A program made the translations under genes and the position numbers. The notes beneath the pieces are model-generated. The model worked only from the letters and a program-made list of their open reading frames with translations, had not been told where the DNA came from and searched no databases. Of a stretch of DNA of 31,130 bases, positions 1-8,938 are shown in pieces (the first letter of the stretch is position 1; each line of letters opens with the position of its first letter). The stretch is from contig NJBH01000041.1 in the NCBI GenBank assembly GCA_005223125.1, positions 1 through 31,130 of the forward strand. The letters are read 5' to 3'. The DNA comes from Promethearchaeota archaeon Loki_b32. GTDB lineage: Archaea; Asgardarchaeota; Lokiarchaeia; Sigyniarchaeales; SOKP01.

Positions 1-447
1 ACCAACAATTTGTTTTACGGTTCAGGTTATGGCGCCATTGAGGTCTACTTGGAGTCTATAACAGGTGGAGCGTCGAGCGAGAGTAGTATCTTTATACAGA
101 ACAACACGTGTGACTATTCACCCCAGTGGGATGGGATATCAGTCTATGGCGTACCAGATGTTAATAACGCCGGTTTTGTTTTTCTGGCAAATAATATAGT
201 CTCAAACAATGGTCGATATGGTCTCGTCCTTGCCAATGGCTATATGTACGCCAATGTTTACAATACGGGTTATTATAACAACTATACCAACAAAAATTGG
301 GAATTTGATGAAGATAACCCTGTAATATTGGGAACAGACCCATACGAAGTAGGAGGAAGTGGCTATGCTCCAATTTGTTATATCGACCAGCAATGCTCCT
401 TAACAGATGGTGGTTTTAATTACATACAACAAACTTCTATATTATAA
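1..447 (+). CDS. Fragment of a right-handed beta-helix (pectin-lyase/NosD-like) repeat protein; open at the window edge and probably truncated at its 3' end
   Basis: Frame is open from base 1. Asn/Gly/Tyr-rich repeats typical of parallel beta-helix rungs (IQNNTCD, LANNIVSNNGRYGL, VYNTGYYNN). The first 120 nt are ~43% GC by hand count, visibly higher than neighbouring genes. Confidence 0.55.
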   Translation, partial: TNNLFYGSGYGAIEVYLESITGGASSESSIFIQNNTCDYSPQWDGISVYGVPDVNNAGFVFLANNIVSNNGRYGLVLANGYMYANVYNTGYYNNYTNKNWEFDEDNPVILGTDPYEVGGSGYAPICYIDQQCSLTDGGFNYIQQTSIL

Positions 448-542
448 TATTTTTGCAAACCAGTAGCTAATTCTATAAAAAAAACTTCGCCGCCTCTTCC
501 ATTCTCTAAATTACTTTTAGAAAAGATTAAAATATTTACCAT
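420..542 (-). pseudogene. Truncated N-terminus of a GT4-like (GT-B fold) glycosyltransferase, 40 codons
   Basis: Manual translation from the ATG at 542 gives MVNILIFSKSNLENGRGGEVFFIELATGLQKYYNIEVCCM*. This matches the GT4 N-terminal pattern (hydrophobic beta1, GGxE loop, ELAxxL helix, beta2). It is divergent from a nucleotide-sugar enzyme and ends where it runs into the higher-GC segment. Confidence 0.6.
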
Positions 543-966
543 ACTGATGCATTCTTTATTATTATTGATAATAAATTACATTAAAGTCATTCTTTTAACA
601 TATTCTTAAAAATTCTTTAATTTTAATAAATATATTTTAAGTCATAGTCTTTAATTAAAAAAATTAATGATAAATTAAAATTAATTTTATAGTTTTATTC
701 AATTTATACCATTACGAATGATTTAGAAATAAAATGTTAAAGCAAATATAATTCTTTGTTAAGCAATAATATTGAATTCCAAAAACTATTTAATAAAAAC
801 AAATATTTGATATTTATATTGATTTATTAACCTAAATAATCTTCATAGTATTACAGAATTAAGATTTTTAAAAATCATAACAAAAAATTACTCCTTTTAT
901 TAAAACCTTTTGAATTTTTTAATAAATAAATTAAAATCAAATAATTAATTGATATAAGGTAATATT

Positions 967-2118
967 ATGGACAAACTAATACCAATTGAAAAAGTATTAG
1001 AAGAAAACCCTCGAGTTCAAGAGCTTGAAAAACAAGGATATATAATAAAACCAGAAAATATTGAGGAATATTTAGATGATTATAAGAGTCGATCTACAAC
1101 TTTACCTGATGAAAATTATTGGAAAGATAAAAAAGTTCTAATAACTGGTATAAGTGGATTTGCTGGAAGTCATTTAGCCGAACAATTATTAGATTTAGGA
1201 TGTGAAGTTCATGGTACAATACGTAGACATGCTGTCCCGATGCATGAAAACATTGAACATTTAAGGGGAAAGATATTTCTTTATGAAGCTGATATAACAA
1301 GTGCTGAACGAATATTGAGTATATTTGAAGAAATTCAACCTCATGCTGTTTTTCACCTTGCTGCAGAATCATTTGTTCCAACATCTTTTAGAGAACCTGT
1401 CAGGGTAACGCATAATAATATTGTTGGAACTATTAATATTTTTGAAGCGGCGCGGAGATTCGATAACAATTTAGAAAGTATTCATGTAGCATGTAGTAGT
1501 GAACAGTATGGCTTAGTAGACCCAGAGGAAGTTCCTGTCACAGAAGATTTAAAAATAAATCCGTTTCGGCCAAGAAGTATTTATGGAATAACAAAAGTAG
1601 CTACAGAAAATATAGCAAAGTTATATCATAATTCCTATGGTATACCGAGCATAATTACTAGAGGTTTTAATCATGAAGGTCCTCGAAGAGGGATTCAATT
1701 TGTAACAAGTGTAATTCATAGACAGATAGTAGAGATTTTAGAGAAAAGAAGAAGTAACATTCTTATTGGAAATCCAAATTCTATTCGTGATTTTACTCAT
1801 GTTAAAGACACTGTTAACGCTTATATCCTGGTAAGTGAAAAAAGGAACTATGGTGAGCCATATAATGTGTGTTCTGGAAAGGGGATTACAATAGCAGATT
1901 ATTGTAAACTAGCTAAAAAAATTTATAATGTTTCTACTGAAGTTCTTGTTGATCCAAAAAGAATGCGTCCTAGCGAAGTACCTTTGTTAATAGGTCGAAA
2001 TGACAAAATTGTTAATGATATAGGATGGAAACCTATAAGATCTATTATTGATATAATTAAGGAAGGGGTAAAATATTTCCAAGAACATCCAGAACAATTA
2101 GGAATTGAAGCTCATTAA
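967..2118 (+). CDS. GDP-mannose 4,6-dehydratase / NAD-dependent nucleotide-sugar epimerase-dehydratase (extended SDR)
   Basis: Rossmann motif LITGISGFAGSHL, HLAAESFVPTSF, SSEQYG, catalytic YGITK, FNHEGPRRG, RPSEVPLLIG. RBS-like AAGGT upstream. ~50-aa N-terminal extension. Confidence 0.9.
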   Translation: MDKLIPIEKVLEENPRVQELEKQGYIIKPENIEEYLDDYKSRSTTLPDENYWKDKKVLITGISGFAGSHLAEQLLDLGCEVHGTIRRHAVPMHENIEHLRGKIFLYEADITSAERILSIFEEIQPHAVFHLAAESFVPTSFREPVRVTHNNIVGTINIFEAARRFDNNLESIHVACSSEQYGLVDPEEVPVTEDLKINPFRPRSIYGITKVATENIAKLYHNSYGIPSIITRGFNHEGPRRGIQFVTSVIHRQIVEILEKRRSNILIGNPNSIRDFTHVKDTVNAYILVSEKRNYGEPYNVCSGKGITIADYCKLAKKIYNVSTEVLVDPKRMRPSEVPLLIGRNDKIVNDIGWKPIRSIIDIIKEGVKYFQEHPEQLGIEAH

Positions 2119-2268
2119 ATTATTCTTTAATTCTTCTTAGTTAATTCCTATTACTTTCTTGAACTATTCTCTATTATTCTAAAATTTTAATTAACCGCAT
2201 AAAAGCCATAGTTTATGTATTAAGAATCAATAAAGAAAGAAACTAATACTTAAAAATAAATAAAATAT

Positions 2269-2985
2269 TTACAGGTTTAATTCTTTCTTTTGTACTTGAA
2301 TTAGTTGCAAAATCCCCTTTTCTCCCAATTCTACAATCTCATTCAACTTTTTTCTGGAATAGGTAGCACCCTCTGCTGTTCCTTGTATTTCAATAATCCC
2401 AGAATCTTCATTCATAATTAAATTGAAATCAACATCAACTTTAGAATCTTCATTATAATTCAAATCTAATAAGACCTGCCCATTTTTCAACCCTAATGAG
2501 ATAGCAGCAACTACTTTATAATCAGGGAATTCATAAATTAGCTGTTGGTTATAAAGGTAATTTATAGCATCAAAAACTGCAACAAAAGCACCTGTTATTG
2601 AAGCACATCTCGTACCTCCATCTGCTTGGATTACGTCACAGTCAATGTTTATCGTACGCTCTCCAAGTTTTTCATAATTAAAAGCGGCTCTAATACTTCT
2701 TCCAATCAATCGCTGGATTTCTACAGATCTACCCCTGTGAGTTTCACGTTTATTTCTTGTTTGTGTTGCCCTTGGTAACATTGAATACTCCGCTGTTATC
2801 CACCCCGTCCCTGTATCAACTAAAAACCGAGGAACAGATTCGACTACAGATGCAGTAACAATGATCTTGGTACTTCCCTGTGTTATTAATACGGAACCTT
2901 CCGGATATTTGAGGTAATTCCGTTCTATTGTGATTTTTCTTAGTTCATCAAATTTTCTTCCATCGAATCTGATATTGCCTTCCAT
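2269..2985 (-). CDS. rph: Ribonuclease PH, bacterial type
   Basis: GWITAEYSMLPRAT, EIQRLIGRSIRA, DCDVIQADGGTRCASITG and EIQGTAEG are the signature blocks of bacterial RNase PH. GAGGT RBS upstream. Confidence 0.93.
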   Translation of the reverse strand: MEGNIRFDGRKFDELRKITIERNYLKYPEGSVLITQGSTKIIVTASVVESVPRFLVDTGTGWITAEYSMLPRATQTRNKRETHRGRSVEIQRLIGRSIRAAFNYEKLGERTINIDCDVIQADGGTRCASITGAFVAVFDAINYLYNQQLIYEFPDYKVVAAISLGLKNGQVLLDLNYNEDSKVDVDFNLIMNEDSGIIEIQGTAEGATYSRKKLNEIVELGEKGILQLIQVQKKELNL

Positions 2986-3107
2986 TTAATATAACCTCTT
3001 TTACTCCAATTATCAATAAAAAAAACTACTTTATAGTAATTTTAAATTTTTTTTCATACATAAGGTATATTAATATTTTTTATAAAAACGTAAAAAAGTT
3101 TTTAGAA

Positions 3108-4217
3108 TTAGATAAAATTAATTAATGGATACGATCCTAAGATCTTATACCATATAACATTTTCATTCATTTTATCAAATACTTTTTGTACTCTTGGATC
3201 GCTTTTATCTCCTTCAAAATCCATAAGAAAAATATACTCCCAACGTCCTATTCTTCTTGGGCGCGATTCTATTTTTGATAAATTAATATTGGAATCTGCA
3301 AAGATTTTTAAAACACGGTACAAAGCTCCTGGAGTATGTTTTGTAACAAAAATTAAGGATGTTTTCATTACACCTTCTTTAAAATCATTTTCTTCTTTAG
3401 AAATGATTAGAAATCTCGTATAATTTGAGGAGTTATCTTCAATTCCGGAATTTAGGACTTTTAAGCCATATATTTTACTAGCAAAAGCAGTGCCTATAGC
3501 TGCATATGACTCACTATTCATTTCAAGAATTTTATGCATAGCCTCAGCAGTTGATTTAACATCAATAAGATCTGCATTAGGTAAATTAGTTTTAACCCAA
3601 TTCCTTGTTTGAGCGAAAGCTTGTGGATGTGAAAAAACATTTCTAATTTTAGATAGATCTGTGTTCTTTAATGATATCAAATTTTGAATGATTCTAAGTT
3701 CAAGTTCTCCATAGATAACAAGATCTTTTTCAATTAATAAATCAAGAGTTTCTCGAACTGTTCCTTGAAGACTATTCTCAATTGGAACAACACCAAAATT
3801 TATCTTCTCCTTTTCAACATTCTCAAAAATCTCTGTCATTGTATCAAATGTAATAAATTCTGTACCTGCTTTTGGAAAGAACTCCAAAGCCGCTTGATGC
3901 GTAAAAGTCCCTTGAGGTCCTAAATATCCTACTTTGTGTGTTAAACCTTGAATTAACTTGTTTGCACTTAGAATTTCTTTCCATATTGCTTCAATACTCA
4001 TTGGTTTTAATATCGTTGATTTTTTTTTTATTCTATCAATAATATCTCTTTCTCTTTTAGGTTGATTTACCACCATATTTAAAAATTTCTTAAGATTTCC
4101 TATTTTTTGGACAATTTCTCCTCTTTTATTTAAACATTCAATAATATTATTATCAATTTTATCGATATCTTTTCTATAATTTTCAAGTTCATCTTTATGA
4201 ATTTTTTCTTCACTCAT
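3108..4217 (-). CDS. pheA: Bifunctional chorismate mutase / prephenate dehydratase (P-protein) with C-terminal ACT domain
   Basis: N-terminal AroQ helix (RKDIDKIDNNII...R), then YLGPQGTFT, VPIENS, SHPQA, NYTRF, and the ACT motifs PGALY and KIESRP. Confidence 0.95.
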   Translation of the reverse strand: MSEEKIHKDELENYRKDIDKIDNNIIECLNKRGEIVQKIGNLKKFLNMVVNQPKRERDIIDRIKKKSTILKPMSIEAIWKEILSANKLIQGLTHKVGYLGPQGTFTHQAALEFFPKAGTEFITFDTMTEIFENVEKEKINFGVVPIENSLQGTVRETLDLLIEKDLVIYGELELRIIQNLISLKNTDLSKIRNVFSHPQAFAQTRNWVKTNLPNADLIDVKSTAEAMHKILEMNSESYAAIGTAFASKIYGLKVLNSGIEDNSSNYTRFLIISKEENDFKEGVMKTSLIFVTKHTPGALYRVLKIFADSNINLSKIESRPRRIGRWEYIFLMDFEGDKSDPRVQKVFDKMNENVIWYKILGSYPLINFI

Positions 4218-4253
4218 TTTAAATCAATTAAGAGAAAATAATTCTAATTTAAA

Positions 4254-5930
4254 TTAAATTATTTTTTGTAAATTTAATTCTAACGCAGCGACAGGAAATT
4301 CTAGTTTAAAATTTAGTAACACTTCGGGATGTATTTCTCCAATCTCACCAATCTTGATTCCTTTTAAATAAATATCTCCATATCGACCATTAATATAACT
4401 AGGATTTTCACTAGGTTTAACCTCATATTCTTTAATAAAACCAAGAGAAGTCATAATAAAATCTAAAGTGGATTTTATTTCAGTAAAATCCGCAAATTCA
4501 TGATAACTAACAGCTGAGACATTAACTTCCCTTTTTGTTCCAGTTTCTTCACTAGAATCCAATAAAATAATGTCTCCGACTTCGAAAATTCTTAACGGTT
4601 TTTCTTCGGATCGATTATATAATAGAGTTTCCATTAATTTTGGTAAAATAGTTGTTCTGGTTGTATTATATTCTTTTGATACAGGATTTAAAATTTGTAC
4701 ATGGTCTTTTTCTAGATATTCTTGTCTCATATAATTATACTGTCTATCTGAATTTGATAGGATGAAATTTAACACTTCTAAATAACCCGCACCAATCATA
4801 ATTGTTCTTATTTTATTTGAAAATGATTGAATGGGATGATATTCTCCAATACATCCTTCTCTAATAGTTAGAGGTAATTTTTCATATCCATAACCGATTG
4901 CAAATTCTTCTGTAAAATCAACGATATGCATGATATCTCCTCTATAAGCTGGTACCCAAACATCTAAGTATCCTTTCTTATTAGATTGTTTAGCATCAAA
5001 TCTAATTTTATTAAAACATTTTATTACCTCCTTAGATGATAAACTTAATCCAATGTACTCGTTTAAATAATTAATATCTATTTCCCATTTTTCGGGAGTT
5101 AAATTTGGAGTAACAATTTTTTCTCCATCCTTATAGTTTACTTTAACACTTTCAATTTTAGCACCCATATCCGCTAAAGTTGTTGCTAAGATGTTTAAGG
5201 CTAAATTTACGGCTTTAAAATCTGTTCCAGTTAAATCCAAGAAGAGATTTTTTGTCTCATCTGTTACTGTTGTTATAATTCCATTTATAACAGGTGGAAA
5301 AGACAAAACCTCATCATTGCTATCAAAAATAATAGGATAAACTTCCTTTCCTTCTAAAATATGCGCATATTCAATACCTTTTTCGTGTATTAACAAAATC
5401 TCTTCTAAATTCATTGGATACCCATCACCATGCAGAGGAATAAAACTTACTGAGTCCGGTTTTACAGCGGTATACCTATAAGGTGGTTTTATTTTATCAA
5501 GATCATGGACACCAATAGCCACCTTTTTCCTATCTCGTCCAACTGCCCAATGAAGGTGTTCTTGAATAGTCATTAGTGTTGCTACTTCATCTTCATCCAA
5601 ATCTATATTCCTTACTACACCACAAACTATATATGGCCTAACCTTCTTGACTATAGGCTCAACATATAGTTCAATTTCGCCAGGTGTTATTTCAAATGAA
5701 GGTATTCCTAACTCTATTTCATAATACCCTTTTAATGCTCTCGCAATACCTTCTGGACTTGAGTAATCAGGCCTATTAGGATTATATTCAACTTTAACTT
5801 TTTGTTCTTCTACATTTACATCTTCTAAATCTAAACCAATCCATTGTAAATCATATTCTAAATCCTTGATTTCCAATTTTTTTCCAACTAATTTTTCCAA
5901 ACGTTCTAATTTTAATTCAAGTGTTGGCAT
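4254..5930 (-). CDS. pheT: Phenylalanine--tRNA ligase beta subunit (archaeal/eukaryal type)
   Basis: MPT start, NPNRPD, QEHLH..GRDRKKVAIGVHD, SFPPVING, VPAYRGDIMH, GEIHPEVL. GGAGGT RBS. Directly downstream of pheS. Confidence 0.96.
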   Translation of the reverse strand: MPTLELKLERLEKLVGKKLEIKDLEYDLQWIGLDLEDVNVEEQKVKVEYNPNRPDYSSPEGIARALKGYYEIELGIPSFEITPGEIELYVEPIVKKVRPYIVCGVVRNIDLDEDEVATLMTIQEHLHWAVGRDRKKVAIGVHDLDKIKPPYRYTAVKPDSVSFIPLHGDGYPMNLEEILLIHEKGIEYAHILEGKEVYPIIFDSNDEVLSFPPVINGIITTVTDETKNLFLDLTGTDFKAVNLALNILATTLADMGAKIESVKVNYKDGEKIVTPNLTPEKWEIDINYLNEYIGLSLSSKEVIKCFNKIRFDAKQSNKKGYLDVWVPAYRGDIMHIVDFTEEFAIGYGYEKLPLTIREGCIGEYHPIQSFSNKIRTIMIGAGYLEVLNFILSNSDRQYNYMRQEYLEKDHVQILNPVSKEYNTTRTTILPKLMETLLYNRSEEKPLRIFEVGDIILLDSSEETGTKREVNVSAVSYHEFADFTEIKSTLDFIMTSLGFIKEYEVKPSENPSYINGRYGDIYLKGIKIGEIGEIHPEVLLNFKLEFPVAALELNLQKII

Positions 5931-5949
5931 TTTTCTTCAAACCTCCGTC

Positions 5950-7485
5950 TTAGTATGGTTGACTCCTTAGCCATTTTATTGGATTAATATATAAATCTCT
6001 AATATCATCGCGATCGAAATATAACATTGCTATTCTCTCAAGTCCTTGACCCCAAGCTAAAACACGTGTTGGATCTTTTATTCCCCATGGATATGTAACT
6101 TCCGGTCTAAAAATACCTGAGCCTCCCATTTCTAACCACTCACCTAATTTATCATAATAAACTGAAACTTCCATACTAGGTTCGGTGTAAGGGAAAAATC
6201 CTGGTCTGGTTATAATCTTTTTAAAACCCAATTTTCGGTAGAATTCTGATAATAAACCAATTAAATCACAGAGGGTTACATTATCATCAATAACAATCCC
6301 TTCAACCTGTGTAAATTCAGCTAGATGTGATTTATCTAGTTTTTCATTCCTGAATACTCTATCAATACAAAATACTTTTACTGGTGGTTTTTCATTATTC
6401 CTATAAAATTTGGCCAATCTCCTTATGGTAGTTGATGTTGTATGAGTTCGTAAAACGGTTTTTTTAGCTGTATCAATTTCCCAATCATAACCCCATCCTC
6501 GAGACCCTGAATCTCCACCATTCTCATGGGTTTCTTGAACTGCTTTAACTCTATCTTGTTCAGGCAATTTTGCAACTTCGGGATTACTCAGATAAAATGT
6601 ATCTTGCATTTCTCGAGCAGGATGATCCTGTGGTTGAAATAAAGCGTCAAAATTATAAAAAGCACTTTCGATGATGGGACCTCTAATCTCTGTAAATCCC
6701 ATTGATATAAATATTTCTCGAATTTCATTTATTAATTTAATCATTGGATGTAGCTTACCAGCTTTCAATAAAGGTCCAGGCTTAGTTACATCAAATGGTT
6801 TTAAATCATAATTTTTCCAAGATCCAGAGCTAAGCATCTCTGATGTGATTTTACTAACTTGTTCTAATTCTTTAATTTTCGAAATATCGATTTTTTTGCC
6901 TTTTTCAGTCAAATTTATGATTCTTTCAGTTCTATTATTTTTCTTGACCAATTTTCTTTTATTTAATAGATCTAATTGTACTAATTCATCTTTAGATAAT
7001 AGTGAGCGTTCAAGAGTAGGATTTTCTTTAAATTTTTGTAGAAATCTTTCTAAAACTGTTTTTGGAAATTTTTCAGCAGTAATAAATACTTTATTTTCTC
7101 CAGAAGCTTTACTTTGGGCGATCCATCTTTTTTTTTTTAAATTTGAAATACCTACATAAAAAATATTCCTATCTAGATGAGATCTTTCTAAGAAATCATC
7201 TAAACTCAATTCCTTAATATTATTTTCCAATAAAATATTGAGTAATTGACGTTCTGGAAGACCATTATTCAAATAATCAATTCCTTCGTCATTTAAAGAA
7301 ATTTGATATACTTCTTCTTCCTTGAAGTACCCTAAATCATGTTCTATTAAATCATTAATTGCTGACATAAGTACTATGTAATCAATTTTTAATTCTTTTG
7401 CCAGATCTGTAGCAATTACTTCAGAAGGCTTTTTCTTTAATACTTTTAAAATATTAATTACCTGTTTTTTAAGTCTAATTATCAT
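5950..7485 (-). CDS. pheS: Phenylalanine--tRNA ligase alpha subunit (archaeal/eukaryal long form)
   Basis: NFDALFQPQDHPAREMQDTFY, LRTHTT, FRNE..D.SHLAEFTQVEG, FFPYTEPS, GLERIAM. Long N-terminal winged-helix region. Confidence 0.97.
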   Translation of the reverse strand: MIIRLKKQVINILKVLKKKPSEVIATDLAKELKIDYIVLMSAINDLIEHDLGYFKEEEVYQISLNDEGIDYLNNGLPERQLLNILLENNIKELSLDDFLERSHLDRNIFYVGISNLKKKRWIAQSKASGENKVFITAEKFPKTVLERFLQKFKENPTLERSLLSKDELVQLDLLNKRKLVKKNNRTERIINLTEKGKKIDISKIKELEQVSKITSEMLSSGSWKNYDLKPFDVTKPGPLLKAGKLHPMIKLINEIREIFISMGFTEIRGPIIESAFYNFDALFQPQDHPAREMQDTFYLSNPEVAKLPEQDRVKAVQETHENGGDSGSRGWGYDWEIDTAKKTVLRTHTTSTTIRRLAKFYRNNEKPPVKVFCIDRVFRNEKLDKSHLAEFTQVEGIVIDDNVTLCDLIGLLSEFYRKLGFKKIITRPGFFPYTEPSMEVSVYYDKLGEWLEMGGSGIFRPEVTYPWGIKDPTRVLAWGQGLERIAMLYFDRDDIRDLYINPIKWLRSQPY

Positions 7486-7898
7486 ACGCTCTAGCTATTT
7501 TTTTTTATATTATATCTTTTAAAATCTCTAATGTATTTAAATCTTTCGTGGAGTTAATCATTGTAAATAGCCCGATCTCGAATTAGAAGGATGATCTTAG
7601 AATTAAATGTTGATGTTCTGGATTTCTATAAAAGTGAAACCAAAAAATCCGCAGCCAAGGGATTAAATTCTGTCTAAAAATATTATTCCCTTGGCAGAAT
7701 AAAGAATTTAAACGAAAATGAAACTTGAAAGACTCTTCTTTTTAAACAAGTACCCAGTTGATATGATTCCATCATTATCAAGCAACAAGAATTCATTTCC
7801 TAATAAAAATAAAACAAATACTAAGTAAAAAACTTTGTTTTTTTATCTTTATATCTTCTTTAAAATTTTATTTTGAAAGTATAGGGTATTAATTTTAA

Positions 7899-8342
7899 TT
7901 ATATTTTTTCTCTTATAGAAGTAGAACTAATTTTATTACTATTCTCATCTTTTAGGAGTGGTATTACAATTAGAACAAGAGGTTTTAATCCTTTTTTCAT
8001 TCTATTCTCATTTAACTTCAGAGCATTATCATAAGTTTCTTGACTTACTACCAATCCATCGTATTCTGGATCTTGAGCATATTTATCCATATCAGACCAA
8101 TTTGATATTTCAACAATATTAACCCGATTTAAGTCTGCAATTGAACTAATATACGATTTCAAATTCTCTTTTCTAGTTTCATAATCTTCTAATTTTGAAG
8201 AGTATTGTTTATTTTTTAATAAATCCTGAGAAGTTAATCCAATCTCAGTTAATTCAGAAATAGACAAAGCTGTTTTTAATAAAAATTTATGACCCTCATG
8301 AAAATGATCGAAAGTTCCACCTAATCCCACTTTTTTGAGAAT
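7899..8342 (-). CDS. coaD: Archaeal-type phosphopantetheine adenylyltransferase (cytidylyltransferase family); probable start ATT at 8342, ORF-track start GTG at 8330
   Basis: GGTFDHFHEGH (HxGH), GLTS, LVVSQET, N..R...GL.PL, ISSTSIR. The frame extends upstream as ILKKVGLGGTFD, with GGGTG 8 nt before the ATT. Confidence 0.85.
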   Translation of the reverse strand: MLKKVGLGGTFDHFHEGHKFLLKTALSISELTEIGLTSQDLLKNKQYSSKLEDYETRKENLKSYISSIADLNRVNIVEISNWSDMDKYAQDPEYDGLVVSQETYDNALKLNENRMKKGLKPLVLIVIPLLKDENSNKISSTSIREKI

Positions 8343-8384
8343 CTGAAATACACCCTATCAATTAAAAAATAATAGTATTATAAT

Positions 8385-8819
8385 TTATGCTTTGACTTTT
8401 AAACTTTCTTTCTTACTTTCTGATTCTTTGGTTTTTTCGGTAGGACTTTTCAATCTTACAGAGTAAATATCTTTTATCTCCATTAAGTCATCACATTTAT
8501 CACATTTTTCTAACCTTTTAAAAACAAAATCTCCTTTTTCGTAATTTCGAACTTTTGTAAAGCCACACAGTTTACAGATCAAAATTGTTAAAGTTTGTCG
8601 GATAGGCTCAGGAAGACTCTTATGATATTGGATTAATGTAGCTCCAAAACAAATTAACATAAAACCTATTGTCCAACTTGTGACTGAATCGGGTCCAAAA
8701 TCGAGATAGATGAACATAGCTCCTACTACGATTAATAAAATTAATAAGATGTTTTTTAAAGCGCTTTTAAAAGTAATACCTTTCTTTAATATATCCTCAT
8801 CGTCTTCTTCTTCAATCAT
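8385..8819 (-). CDS. Conserved archaeal membrane protein with two TM helices and a C-terminal Zn-ribbon
   Basis: Two hydrophobic segments followed by CKLC-x-GDFVFK-x-CDKC. Divergent from the DUF1512 gene. Confidence 0.75.
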   Translation of the reverse strand: MIEEEDDEDILKKGITFKSALKNILLILLIVVGAMFIYLDFGPDSVTSWTIGFMLICFGATLIQYHKSLPEPIRQTLTILICKLCGFTKVRNYEKGDFVFKRLEKCDKCDDLMEIKDIYSVRLKSPTEKTKESESKKESLKVKA

Positions 8820-8938
8820 AGAAATTGTCCTATTATCTTCTTTTCTATGCTTTATAATAGAAAAGAATAAATAAATTTTTTTATTATAACAATTAAATAA
8901 TTTAGAGTTTTCAAATAATAATTAATTTTAACAACGAG

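Noticed and set aside
161-393. Two short minus-strand ORFs (70 and 63 aa)
   Set aside because: Antisense shadows of the beta-helix gene with no protein-like motifs.
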